64,000 nucleotides of DNA from Chrysomallon squamiferum. Taxonomy: Eukaryota; Animalia; Mollusca. Both the position numbers and the translations under genes were made by a program. This document shows positions 13,109 through 27,592 of the stretch, in pieces. The notes under the pieces are model-generated. The model was not told the origin of the DNA. It saw only the letters and a program-made list of their open reading frames with translations, and searched no databases. Each line of letters opens with the position of its first letter. Position 1 is the stretch's first letter. Location of the stretch: assembly GCA_012295275.1 (NCBI GenBank), contig CM022672.1, positions 22,196,001 to 22,260,000 of the forward strand. Reading direction: 5' to 3'.

Positions 13109-13537
13109 TAGTGTGTGGTTTTTGAAATCACGAAATTACAAGGGGTTTTTTTTTTTTTTTTACGTTTCCTAAATCAGTTTAATAATATCAATTTAGAGAG
13201 AAATCCAAACATCTTGACTTTAATAAAGTAATATAATAGTGATCATGTCTGTCTGTTTGCGCTTGTTTACCTCCATAAATAATGTTTTATAAATAAATGT
13301 AGGCTGTGTTTGTATGATTCTTCCCAGTCCTTCTGTTACTGTTTTTAATTAGTGTGACTGCAAATACGTCTGTGCTTGATAACAACGGTGACGGCAGTTG
13401 TAGTAGCTGTAGTAGTAATATAGAAATAAGAATTAATAGTCGTTGTAGTTACAATTATAGTAGTAGTCCTCGTTGTTGTTGTTCTACATGTAGCAATAGT
13501 AGTTGTTTTGTTGTTGTTCAAGAAGTATAGTTGCTAA

Positions 13538-13579
<42 letters not shown>

Positions 13580-14689
13580 ATATGACTGTGGTACTGGTAA
13601 CAGTTGTTGTATATTAATTAAAATGTTGTGTATTTGTTTTTATTTGTGTGTGTGTATATGTATGTATCCGAGACATTAAGCCAGCAAATAAAGTACATTT
13701 GTATGTTCATTTAGTGTATTTTGATACTATCCACAGTGAAAATGCTTTTACAAATATGTACACAGTGTTTTTTTAACTAACAATAATGTTTTTTTAGAGT
13801 TCGAACAATGTATAAATACCTGGACAATAATTTATTACTTTCGGCCTTAATAACATTGTACTCTGTACACTTTGAAATCAATCTAAACTAAGTGGGTACT
13901 GATTTGTGCTTTTTCGACCATATTAACAGTTTTCATTCTATTAATTACGGCTTCCAGTACCAGAACTACATTAACTAAATATATTCATGTCTGTGTTTGC
14001 TATTTAAGTATTTTATTTACCTGCGACTTGTTAATGAATTAGAGTTTTTCCTTTTTAAAAAAAAAGCTACAATATATTAAATTCTCATACTGCAACATGA
14101 AATGTTCTAAGTTTTTTTTTTTTTAATTTTTTAATTTAATTTTTTTTTTCTTTGTGTTTGTATAATTACTATCGTTGTTGTTGAAGAGTAGGGGATTGGT
14201 GAGTTTGAATTGTCTTTCCTTTTTGTTTTCTTTTTTCTTTATAGTCGTTATTGTTATTTATTATTTACTTACTTACTTGTTAAATTTATTTATATATTTT
14301 AATCAATACAAAACTGATGTCAAAAATTAAATGAAATTACATCGCTTAAACGATTAACTGAACTTATCGATATTGCTAAGGTTTTATGGAGAAAAAAAAG
14401 ATTATTATAAAGTGCAGTTGGTCACAAAATCAACTTGGAATTTGACGTTATAGCGATCGTAGACTATAATTACAGCAACAGCTTTTCAATAAAATAGTGG
14501 TATTCCACACGAGATAGTAACTTTAGGGTTGCCTTGCACCAAACGTGTTCGCGTGGACGATGGAGTTAATCTGCCGATGGAAACAGTGAAAGTGAGATAA
14601 AATTCAATAAAACAAACATCTCGGTTTTTTAAAAGTAAACTAATAAATTGCGTCTCTGATTTTTATAATATTAAAACAATAATAGTAGA

Positions 14690-15220
14690 AGTAATAGCTA
14701 TAGTATTAACAGTACCAGAAGCAGTAGTACCAGTAGTAGTATAAGTTGAAGTGGTAGCAGCAATAGTAGTAGTAGTAACTGCAATAGCAGTATTAGTAGT
14801 TGTAGTGAAAGTAGTACTGCTACTAACACTATTGTTATAGATACTACTGCTATTACTACTGTAACTACTAATGCTATTACTACTACTAGTATTACTACTG
14901 CCGTTGCTACTACTGCTACTAAATTCTTCTGTTACTACTATTACTATTTCAAACTAGTACTAATGCTGCTGCTGCTGCTGCTACTACTACTACAACAATT
15001 ACTAATACCAATGCTATTGCTACTACGTCTAGTACTAAAATGACTATTCTTATTTGTATCACTACTTCAGTTTCCGCTGCTGCTGCTATTTGTATTGCAA
15101 CTACAACTCGCAGTGGTGGTAGCAGCAGTAATAGCATCGATAGCAGAAGTCGCAAGAGGATTGGTAACAACATAGACGTAGTAGCAGTAGCGTAGTAGTA
15201 GTGTATCAGTAGTGGTAGCA
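14690..15220. repeat. Degenerate (AGT/AGC)n - (ACT/GCT)n - (AGT/AGC)n trinucleotide region
   Basis: Low-complexity trinucleotide blocks that switch strand orientation near 14816 and 15110. Confidence 0.8.
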
Positions 15221-16852
15221 GTCATACGGCAATCAGCAGAAACAGAAACAACACTGTTACTTTCTGACACAAAAGGAAATTGAAATATTATTTATAAGAA
15301 TATATATATATATTATTTTCCAAAATCAACAGATGTCCTAACTAGCCTTCATTCTTGAACATGAATTAAATAATTGAGAAGATGCATATTTAGACTTTTT
15401 GGAAAAGGATTTGAAGATGATATGTGTTTTAACTTTGTTAGAGATTTAATTAACAAAGGCGTAAGATTTAATGACATACGTAGTTAATTTGGGCCCGTGC
15501 AATACGTGATGATACTCCAAGTACGATGTTAATTATCTCGAGTTCTAGACTTATTAACAAAGCTAGCAGCTTGCTGATTAACAAACGTGGAAATGTAATG
15601 CTCTGTGTGATCTACGTAATCAGACTTCATTTTCTTTTCCTTTAATTTTTTTTTTTTTTTTTTTTTTTAAATTTCCGGACAGCTAAATTTTAGTTTCTTT
15701 TGCAGATAAGTAAAATCAGATATAACGTCAAAGCCATGTCAAAGCCGCTCTTTCATTACAAATGCTTCCAACGTTTCGTACCATTATGTCCGTCAGTGGG
15801 TACAAAAGCACGTATTGTGTACGAAACTACAAGAACTGCAGCATTGTTCTTAAATTAAAGATAATTCCTATAAATCTCACATTTTGATTCTTCACAGAAA
15901 TCCATCCGGCAAATAATATTTTTTATCCTCTGCTAACGTTCGTTAAAAAGACCAATATCAATTTTCAGTTTATTTTGGTTTCTTCTAATAAACTACTTAA
16001 CTGCTATATTTCGAGCTAAATGATTCTTGTTTTTCGTTTTGGTTAGTTTTCTTTGTTTTTATACTGTTGCTGGTATGTTGGCGTTGGTGGTGCTGATGTT
16101 GGTATTGTTGATGCTTGTGTTGTTGATTTTGTTTTTTTATTTTGTATTGTTGCTTTTATGTTGTTGGCATCATTGGTGATGTTGTTTATTACTGACATTT
16201 TTATCAAGATATCAGTTATGACACTGAACATCAAATAATTCAGAATACTGTCGTGGTTTGGTTTGTTGTTTTGTTGTTTTGTTTTGTTGTGTTTTATGTT
16301 TTTTTCTAACTTAACCCTGAAAAATATCACGTGGTCTAAAGTTTCGATTTTTCAACATTTTGATTGCACTGGAAAACCGTATATAAATAATTTACTTAAC
16401 GATTTCAGCAGAAAAAATATCATGAATATATAATACTTAAGATATTTTCTAAAGGACTGTTCGAAACTCCACATTAAATGAATTACTCAGATTTGCGACG
16501 AGTTCGTTTTGATTACCGTTATTCAATTATACATTTATGTGAATCCACACAGCTTTAGAGATGAGAATTGTACAAAAAAGAAGCTCGTAACATAACGAAT
16601 AGGAACACTCGCATGATTCAATTTCCCTCAAAACTCAACTTAATCCCTGATCGATGTACACGCACAGAAATCCCTTTTTGAAATAAAATTTTAATAATGT
16701 TATTAAAACGTTTTTAAGCCATTGCCTTCAGCCAATGTATCATAAAACGGAGGTGAAGACAGTTCCATATCTGTTGTGACAAAGTTGATTGAAAACACAT
16801 TAAACAGCATTAATCTACACTTAAATACACGACCATGCTGTTAATATGTTAC

Positions 16853-16977
<125 letters not shown>

Positions 16978-17779
16978 TCTCTTTCTTTCTCTATTACTCT
17001 CTCTCTGTCTTTCAGAAGAAAAAAAAAACGCATGTTACATGCCACAAAGACATTTATATTAATGAACAGTAATTTTGAAAAGTGTGTGTATGCCTGTTCG
17101 AAACGAAGTTATATGATTAACTGGTCTGTGTTTAAGGATCAACAAAACTTAATTTCATAGCAACAATATCATACATAGTTAATATAATTACGTTAGAGTT
17201 TCTATAATCTTATATGCATAAATTTTAACTCCACATATATTTTAGTTAATTAAAGTACACCATATATTTGTTTTGGTATATATGTGAGTAGGTAGGTACG
17301 TAGGTGTGAATAAATGAAATTACTGAACACGACCCTACATTATTTGTGTTGAACGAGAACTATCATGATTTCTTTATTAAAACATGTCTCTGCGAAACCA
17401 ATTACTTTTATTTATTTTATTTAAATATAATACATAACATGCACGAACAAAAAAAAAAAATGAATATTGATTAATACCCACGTTGTGTCAACGAGGTACA
17501 TAAATAAGCAGTGACCAAAATACTCCGAAGTCTTATTAAAATATAACGATCATTAGTAACAAAATGTCAGGCGGATGTGTTCCATGTCTTGAAACATTTC
17601 ATCAGCAGGTTTGAAAGAAGATAATTACAATGTAAGAAAGAAAAACAAAAAAACACGTCGCTTGAATGTCGGAAGTCTGCGCGTGTTGTTAGAGTATCGG
17701 TTTATGACGAAGAATGAAATACATGAAAACTCAAATACAAACAGTGGTGTGAACAAAGACAGTAAGAGAGCGAGAGAGC

Positions 17780-17809
17780 GGGAGGGAGGGAGGGAGGGAG
17801 GGAGGGAGG

Positions 17810-17893
<84 letters not shown>

Positions 17894-18185
17894 CGATACA
17901 GACATGGAGAGACAGAGAGAGACAGGATGTGAGAGAGAGTGAGAGTGAGAGACCTAGAAAGACATAGAGGAGAGAGAAAGAAGAAAGAAAGAGAGGAGAG
18001 AGAAAGAAGAAAGAAAGAGAAAGTGAGAGTGAGAGACTTAGAGAGACAGAAAGACAGACAGAGAGGAGAGAGAAAGAAGAAAGAAAGAGAGACGACTGAA
18101 ATAGAGACACAGAGGGAGAGAGAGATGGAGACTGAAAGAAGAGAGAGAGAGAGGGGAAACGAGAGAAAAGTGACAGAGATAAAGA
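17780..18185. repeat. (GGGA)9-(GA)n plus degenerate polypurine tract
   Basis: GGGA x9 (17780-17815), then (GA)n to ~17890, then purine-rich blocks with an internally duplicated GAGGAGAGAAAGAAGAAAGAAAGAGA-type unit. Confidence 0.93.
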
Positions 18186-18937
18186 AACGAGTATATATAT
18201 ATATAAGTATACAAAAGACAATCAGACTTAGAGACAAAGAAATTTTAGAACGTTCATTAGAATGAATCGAGAGTAAGAATTAATTATCGTGAACTCATTT
18301 CATAAATAAAAACAATTTGTTACAAACTAGTCCGAGAAGCTGATTAAATCATAGCAGAGTTGTTGCATTCTCAGTCTGTCAAGTTTGTTATTTAACTACA
18401 ACACAAGACTTCAACAACAACAAAACAGACTAGTACAATAAAGTTATATGACTGAAAAAAGCCAAGATATTTGGTTCAGGAAATGAGTCTGGTTACCTAA
18501 ACGACGCTGAATTGAAGTAGATTTCTTTTTTAAAATAATTAGCGTTCATTGATAAAGGTCCATTACAGTTATTATATGTTAGCAATTAATACATGAATTC
18601 TAGGTTAAAGAATAAATACGTCTGCAATAGTTGTTCTCTCCAACCTTGACAAGGATTGTAATGGTCGTACGTTCACGTATTTCTTTAACGTACTTTTATT
18701 TTAGTCTTTATTTAATATTAAATAAAAATAAACAACAATTTTTTTTTTTTTTTTTTTTTTAAATATATGTGTATATTAAATGAAAAACTCACCCTATAAT
18801 CCAAAACCACAAGTTTTCAAATGCAGGTAAGTCCAAATTAATTCACAGTAATAATCCGGCTTTGAGCGTAAATCCATTGTCTGTGTAGTATCCTGGAAAA
18901 TAATCAGAAATAATCATTACATATCAGGCAGATGATT

Positions 18938-19069
<132 letters not shown>

Positions 19070-19539
19070 AAACTTATTAACTGTTCGTCTAATAATTAAT
19101 TTTAAAAGATCAAGAAAGCATTGTTGACGGGTAGTGTAAAAACACTAGAAATTTAAACAGCGACCAAGCATTTATCCACTTGTTAGCTTCAACGACGTAT
19201 TACTATGAAAAATATTTCCCGTATACGTTCATGTAATTTCGAAAATAATTAAATTATTACTTTGGATTCTCTTAACATAGGTCTTCTACTACTCAGCAAC
19301 CTTTCAGCAGCCACACAAAACAGTTTGTGGTTAAAATGCTGTGTTTAACTGTTTAGCATGCTGTAAAGTTTATTTAACATGTTTTTATTTTTTAATAGAT
19401 CAATAACGTAATATTATAGTTTTTAGTAACAGTGTTGATATACTGATGTGATGAAAATCCACGCTATTAACAAAAAACGTCAGAAATGACGACAATAATA
19501 ACAAAAGCAACAACAATAATAAAAACAACACCAAAACCA

Positions 19540-19603
<64 letters not shown>

Positions 19604-20174
19604 CGTTTCTAATCATTATTTATTTTATTTTTTATTATTAATTATTTTAATTAATCGATTATTTCTGGCGGTTGTAAATAAAACCGTTTGAATGTCAGAT
19701 GTTTATAATTACAGTATATTCAGTTTTTGTATTATAGTATCAAAACAGGTTCTGAATTCTTTTTATTGTTTTCTTTTCTTTTTTTATTATTATTATTTTT
19801 TTCTTAATGTCTGTAATTCACACTTATATTTCGATCGATTTAATAAATAAACCGATTACTTATCAGCAAGTGCAATACCACAGCTGTTACGAATTACATT
19901 TGGAGAAATAAATATTATTTACACTGTAAATAAGAATAAAGACATGTGAAGGAATCATTACCGTGTCAAAAAACATGGATCAAATTCAAATACCGTATTT
20001 TTTGTTCTTAACGCACTTGCTCGGCAATGATCAGAAAGTTCTTCAAAAATATTCTGATAAACTGGGTTTTTTTTTTACTTTTTTACTTAATTTTAATTTA
20101 TGCCTTTAAATTATTTAGTACTGTCTAAACTCTTCCGACAGTTCCGTCACATCGCCCCAAAGGCGCCCCATTGT

Positions 20175-20502
20175 AGAGGGCGCTCGCTACATGATAGAGG
20201 GCAACACCTCCTTTATTTGCGATCTTCGGATTATAAAGGGGAAAATGTTAAAGTAATAAATTTAAAAACAAATAATGATAAAAATAATAAAATGTGAAAC
20301 GTCTTTGAGTGGAGTCGCGATGTCGAGCTTCTGATGATTAATTCTTAACGCTCTGGGTTCAAACTGTGAAGAAAAAAAGAACTGACAAAGAAAATGTTCA
20401 CGATCGGCAAACTAGGGCGCCAGTATTAAAATGCCCGGGGCGCTAAAAAGCGAGGAGTTCTGACGCTGAGTGGAAGCTGCATGCTTACGAACACTGCCAT
20501 CT
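20175..20502. promoter_or_regulatory. Putative CTCF-type insulator/regulatory island
   Basis: AGAGGGCGCT (+, 20175-20184), AGAGGGCAAC (+, 20196-20205) and AGATGGCAGT (-, 20493-20502) fit or nearly fit the CTCF core AGRKGGCRSY. Further GGGCGC words occur at ~20415 and ~20437 in a GC-rich patch. Motif match only. Confidence 0.35.
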
Positions 20503-21680
20503 TAAACAGTATTCCTGATTTGACTGTCATACGAAACACATTTCACTCACATCTAGCAATCCTTGAAATTCGAATGCATTGAGATGTTATTCATTTGCCA
20601 ATGCAACAGTACAAAGCACTTGAATAATTGCTTGTCCAAGACATTGTGTCCTATGTCATATAAATGCAGCAGTTCAGTTCCAACATTAAAACTAGTTCCG
20701 TTATTTCAGCGAAATCGATCATCAGTAAATATCAATGATTTTTATCGTGCAAAAATAATAAAAGTTTAATCATTGTAAAGGGACGAGATTATCTATAACA
20801 GGAATAACAAAATGTTGCAGTAGATATTTTAAAATCTTGCTTTATCCCATTGTTAAATAATCTTACAAGCTCAGACGTGCAGAGGTAAAATATGTAACTT
20901 CATCTTTCAACGAAAACGTACACTGCGGTGTTCTCTGTTATATAGTTCCAGATTCAAGAACAAAGAGCAAAACGTATACTCTCTCTCTCTCTCCTGTTTG
21001 TCTCGCTTTCTCTCTCTATATATATATGCATTCCCGAAGATAGAGTAATTACTTTAAAGGAAAAAATATGGTTTGGTCTCTACATTTTGTACTTTAGCAA
21101 AATAGTTACACATTCCCAAAGATGGTGAGATCAAATTTATCACTTCGTTTTTTCTTTAACGCAAAATATTGCATGAGTCCCATCCTTTTCATATTCAGTC
21201 TAGAAGTGCAGAGGTATATTTTAGCAAAACAAAACACCAGTTAAACATTCCCAGAAGTCTGTCAAGTATTGTTTCAAATCCAGACACGTGGAGATTTGCT
21301 TGTGAACTGTAATTGTTTCAATAGCTGTATGTTGTACTGCAGGAGATAATAAATAATGTTTTTATTTCATTATTTAGCATTTATTATTCATTTATTATCA
21401 CCTCGTTCTTCAAGTTTACAGTAACGAGAATACTATGAAATAAATGTTTAACGAACCGCTGATACTAATAACGTTATTTTTCAGTTTAAAGTTTTATTTG
21501 TTATTTGTATTTTTATTGGTGTAATTGTTGGTCGGGATTCAGTTTCAATTCAATTCTGCGTAACATAAAACGGTAAAGCAATTTATTTTTCGTTTAACTG
21601 TTTATGAAATATCTGTATATTATGCAGTAAAATATTTAAAGTAACGTAAGTGTCCAAGTATTTTTTTTATTTATTTATTT

Positions 21681-21720
<40 letters not shown>

Positions 21721-22037
21721 TTCATCCATACATCTATACATCCATACATCTATACATCAATACATCCATACATCTGTACATCCGTAGATATATGCATCCA
21801 TACATCAGTATAACTTCACACCCATACATCCATACGTCCATACGTACATAAATATTGACATACATACATATTCAGATGCACACACACAAACACAAACACA
21901 CACACGCACACACAGAAACACAAAGACACACGCACATATACATATGCATAAGCACAATGCAGATACCATTTAATTACAGTTCAGATAATCTAATGTAATA
22001 GAACAAAATAACAATAACAATCATCATCATCATCATC

Positions 22038-22070
<33 letters not shown>

Positions 22071-24599
22071 TTTTCGTGTAATATTATTTTTATATCTTCT
22101 TTTGTCAGATGTGTGTGTAGTTACTTAGACTATGGTAATTATGACTGACATCGTTCTATTTTCGCTGGGGTTTACTTCATGTTTGTGATCACAGAGGCTT
22201 CGGAAACCAGACAAGGCACACAGAAGCCATTTCTGTACGTGACTCGTAACAAACTCTACAACTGTGATCTGGTTTAAGAATGGATTTTTTGAAACATTAC
22301 GAGAAAGAATAGGAAGAAAACAAAATAATAATAAAAATATAAAACAAAACAAGTTTATGATCGAGAAGTTATTTTTTTCATTACCCATCTTTCTCACAGC
22401 GAAGAAACTGTTTTTGAAAAGTAATTAAGCAGTGATGAAAAACAATTAGTCGATGTAAAAAAGAGAAGTTTTGAAACAAAATAATTGTGTGTATTGTGAT
22501 ACATTGATTATTGCTCTGCTAAGGAAATGTGATTATATATACTTATTTGTTTGCTGTTACTGCTTTATTTGTTTTTACATATTTGTATGTAAGTGTGTGT
22601 GTATGGGTGTGGGTGTATATTACACACATGTGCGTGTGTGTGTATGCGTGCGTGTGAGTTCAGTGGCTTCTACCTATACACTATTTTGTTAAGTTTTTCT
22701 TTTGTATAGACGTATATACGCATGTCTATCTGTATGTATGAATGTACATATGTACGTTTATATGTATACATCTACGTAACTATCTGTCTATCTATAGATG
22801 TATTTATGTCTATATTTATCTTATTATAAATACTTTTATAAACTGTACACGCGTAATGTTTAGCTTATTGAACCAATACCGACGTCTAATGAAGCAAAAT
22901 GTTTTAATAATAACAGTTTAACTACCGTTTGACAACAAAGTCACGAAAAATAAATATTAATTTTTTTTTTTTTTTTAGAAGTATCGATCTCACATTCTTT
23001 GATCCACCAAGTTTTTGCTAATTATTTCATGGCTAGTGGTCTTACTGAATTGTGATCCTGAAAGAGATAACTGGTAATTTGTCATGGAAATCACCGATAT
23101 GGATGGACTCGAAGACAAGGTAACTCTGTGTTGCTATTTGCAGACAGTAATATTGAAATAATTAGCACCGTATTAATTCATATATCGTTTATATTTCTTA
23201 TTTAACAGAATGGGTTGTGACGATGGTGATGACGATGATGATGTTGTTCATAATAACGATGACGATGATGATGATAATAATGATAAAGATTAAGCCTAAT
23301 CAAACTTTTAAAAAATAATAATAATAAAATAAAGTAAATATAAGATATATCACTGATTTCATTTCAGTTTTAACATTCATTTATTTTTACTACTGCAGTT
23401 ATCAATATTATTACTTATATTATTACTACTACTGCTACTACTATTACTTCTATTAATACTGCTGCTATTATTACTACTACTACTACCACTACTACTATTT
23501 TACAACTCTTCTACTATTGCTACCACTACTATTACCACCACTACAACAATAACAACAACAACTACTACTATCTATTTTACCACTCTTCTACTACTGCTAT
23601 GACTACCATTACCACCACTGCAACAGCTACTACTACCGCATATACTCACAGTAATGGGTTATAAAGCTCATATCACTACTTCTAATAATCCAAACAAAAA
23701 AGGAGAAGAAGATAAATCTTCATTATCTATTAATTTGTCTTTCTTTTACACATCGTTACTGTTACTTCATGGTTTGGTGATGAATTGCTGCATCTCACTA
23801 ACTTATTCCATCTGTCGAGCTTCGACCACGTGCTAACAACGTAATGAAATAATATTAGAATTAAAAAAAAACAAAAATGAAAAATGAAAAAGAAAAAAAG
23901 AAATGAAGAAGACGAAGTTAAAAACACAGCAAATGCATTTATTTTAATAAGGAATGAGAAAAAACCAAGATCTCTACTGCGTAAGTTAGTTGGCAGGGTA
24001 AATTTAATTATCTTCATTTTTATGTTGAAACCGCCGTGTTCTTGCAGTACAGCAAATGTCATTATCAGTTGAAGCGTTGGAAATGTTTAGGTTGTGCTGC
24101 CTGTTTTAATTCAAATGCGTAATGTCGTGTATATTATGATGGTACGGATACGATTGGAGCTTTGATCAATTAAATTTGCCTATTATATATATACATCATT
24201 ATAAGTATCGTTATTATAAGTATCATTAACGTCTTTATTATTATTATTATTATTTATAACCTTTGTTTCTTTTTTTTATTTATTTAATTTTTTTTTTCCT
24301 CTTAAATAAAAAAATCGAAATGACGTCAAATACACGCCAATATAAAACAAATATAAACAGAGAGAACGCACCCTGAAACAGGTGACGTATTCAAACACTG
24401 GGACAGATGTAGACACAAACAGAAATATTTAAAAGCACGAGTAATAATCCTACAGTGATGATAAAACTACAAACACTAGACATGTGCAAACCCGTACTGA
24501 TTTTATATACATGTTCATAATCGTCGTATTATACTGAACGATACACATTTTAGTGTTAACCTTTTTTAGGTGTTTTGTTGGTGATGTTGCCTCGTCGTC

Positions 24600-24935
24600 A
24601 TCATCATTATTGTTACGATGATGATTATTATATTTTATTGTTACTGCTACTACTACTACTACTACTACTACTACTATTATTATTATTATTATTATCATCA
24701 CCATCATCATTTTAATATTATTATTAGTAGTAGTAGTAGTACTGTTATTATTATCATTAACGTTGTCATCATCATCATCATCATCATAATCATCATTATT
24801 ATTATTATTATCGTTATCGTTATCTTTATCATTATTATTATTAACATTATCATAATCATCATGTTTATTAGCATCATCATCATTATTATCATCATCATTG
24901 TCATCGTCATCATCATCATCATTATTATTATTATG
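24600..24935. repeat. Compound (ACT)n/(ATT)n/(ATC)n trinucleotide tract
   Basis: Directly visible. Source of the poly-I/poly-M ORFs. Confidence 0.92.
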
Positions 24936-25366
24936 TTGTTTCTAATAAAATAAAAGATTAAAACCCGATAACATTATTACGTCAAATCACTTATCGATTA
25001 TAAGCACGAACACTTTTATTTATTTTTATTTTTATTTTTTATTTTTTGTGGTCTTTTCCATGAACATAAACACACCTTTGGTATAATCGATATATTTATA
25101 ACACCTGAAATAATCGATACATCGAGATAGACCGATCCTTTGACCGATCGGGCCCCGGTCTTTACTCTGACCAATGACCCACAGTTTTCTTCTCAAAGAG
25201 TTGACTTGTTCGTCTTGACAGCTTTTGTTTTCATCTTAGCCCATCGGCAGAGCGTCCAGATACAGAGGAATTACGACTGAATATTATTCTGCCTTCTAGT
25301 AAAACACAATTATGACGATATTCCTTAGAAACAAGTAGGAGAAGAAAAAAGTATATAAGATAGTTT

Positions 25367-25427
25367 AAATGCAGGAGAAAGTATCCTTTTTAACCCGAAG
25401 TAAATTTTTGTTATATATATATTTTCT

Positions 25428-25458
<31 letters not shown>

Positions 25459-25749
25459 CAAGATTATTTCGTCAAAGTTGTTACTCAGTACATTTTCTTT
25501 TCAAGAAAATAATTCTAAATGCAGGAGAAAATATCCTTTTTAACCGAAGGAAATTTTTTATATATATATATATATTTTCTAGTTTTTTATTTATGATTTT
25601 TTTTTTTTTTTTTTTTCAAAGGTTAATTTATCAAAGTTGTCACTGAGTACATTTTCTTTTCTGTGCTGGTACAAAAAAATTAATTCTACATGAAGGAGAA
25701 GGACATTTTTTAAAATATATTTTCTATCTTTTTGTTTATGATGTATTTT

Positions 25750-25783
<34 letters not shown>

Positions 25784-25845
25784 TTATTTGATTCATCAAA
25801 GCTATTACTGAGTACATTTTCCATTTCTGCGCAAGTACAAGAACA
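25367..25845. repeat. Diverged tandem triplication, ~150-170 bp unit containing (TA)n and poly-T
   Basis: AAATGCAGGAGAAA..TATCCTTTTTAACC at 25367 and 25517, with a variant at ~25687. TCAAAGYT.T.ACT.AGTACATTTTC occurs three times. Confidence 0.85.
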
Positions 25846-27185
25846 GAAATCTTCATGAATATTAATTTCGGGTTTGAATTTTTTTTTTTCAGCAAGAAAC
25901 ATTTATTTTTAATACATTTTAAAACATAAAATGGTTGTTTTTATTGTTGTTGTTGGGTATTTATTGTAAATGTTGTAAATCAGAGTTAAAACAAATGTAC
26001 TGAATTTATTATGAACTCGCTAGTAGTAGTTCATTATGTGACTGATGTAAATTATATACATGACAACATGTTTTATTACTGATTGCATAAGGTATAAGGT
26101 ATAATAAATGTATACGGTTTGTATTCTGACGTGAATTATATTAGTTTTTAAACATGAAATAGATACTATTCATATCACTGACAACATGCACATAAAGAAA
26201 GAAAGAAAGAATTAATGAAGTAAATAAATAAGTAAATAAGTAACAAAAATAAATAAATAAATAAATAAATAAATGTCTAGACGTTACGTTCATCATAGAA
26301 ATTCTATACACAGTCTTTTTTATAAAAATTCCAATAACCTTTTCAGTGATTAAATTTATGGTAATTTTATATATGCGAAAAACATAAACTATTCCATTTA
26401 CTTAATGTTTATTTTTAACTAATTTGTTCTCGACTATTGAATATATATGTGTGTATAAATATATAAATATATATATATATATATGTTCGCCCTTAATGGT
26501 TTCATTAACCAGTTTAAGAAGCATTGTTTTGAAGAGAACAGTTAGTGAACGTTCCTTACCTCTTTTCAAACTATAACCAAGCAAGTTATCACGGTCAGCC
26601 GAAATCCTCAAAATAAACACATCCACTGATACCATACCTATCTTAAACTATCATTTCATTTAAACTCAGTATCAGGTACTTTATGATATCTATGTCTGTT
26701 TATGTATTACTGTTTGTAACAACATTATATTCAAAAAAATAAAAGACAAAAATAACGGAAAAGGTAAAGAAAAAAATTACTTTGTTTTATTTTATTTTGT
26801 TATTTTTTGAATACATGTGAAAGAAATGTTAATATAAAGACTTAGGTGGTGAACATCTGTTTTTATGTGTCTATATCGCATCATGATTACATATTTGTTT
26901 TTACGTTGTATTGATTAGGCGAGATACGAAACCCCTACCACTCCATTATTTACTATTAGATGCGACAGACGTATATAAACACAGACACGCAAAGACACAC
27001 ACTCACAAACACACACACACACACACACACATACATTTATATATTTGTTTATGTTTATGTATAATTATAGGTTTTTATGTAAATATTAATGTTTGAATGA
27101 ATATACGTATGTATGTATGTATCTATGTATGTATATGTAAGAGTACGTGTGGACGTCTTTATATATGTATGTTTGTATATGTGTG

Positions 27186-27218
<33 letters not shown>

Positions 27219-27547
27219 TGTGTTTGTGTGTGTGTGTGTGTGTTTATATATGTGTATTCACACAAACGTGTGTATATATATATATACGTTATTTGAATAT
27301 GATATACATTAACATAAACGTCATTCAGAAACACAAAATAAACACATGTCATTAAATGCTTTCTCCGTGACATAAATAAATACTAAAAACACGTGGAAGT
27401 AGATAACAGACATATACATAATTTGATTTAACTATATGGACACCAGGCATATACACACACATGCACACAGAAATACTCACATTATGAACATATACATATG
27501 CGTACACACAAACCACAAGCTCATGCATGTATATGCGCATATAGGTG

Positions 27548-27592
<45 letters not shown>

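Noticed and set aside
15490-15570. Polylinker-like run of 6-bp palindromes (GGGCCC, CTCGAG, TCTAGA, GCTAGC)
   Set aside because: The sites are spaced by genomic-looking sequence with no vector backbone. Short palindromes are common throughout the window.
18824-18832. Perfect splice donors CAG|GTAAGT (18827) and AAG|GTAAGT (59865; also on the minus strand near 37369)
   Set aside because: The adjacent sequence gives no convincing exon, and a few consensus donors are expected by chance in 64 kb.
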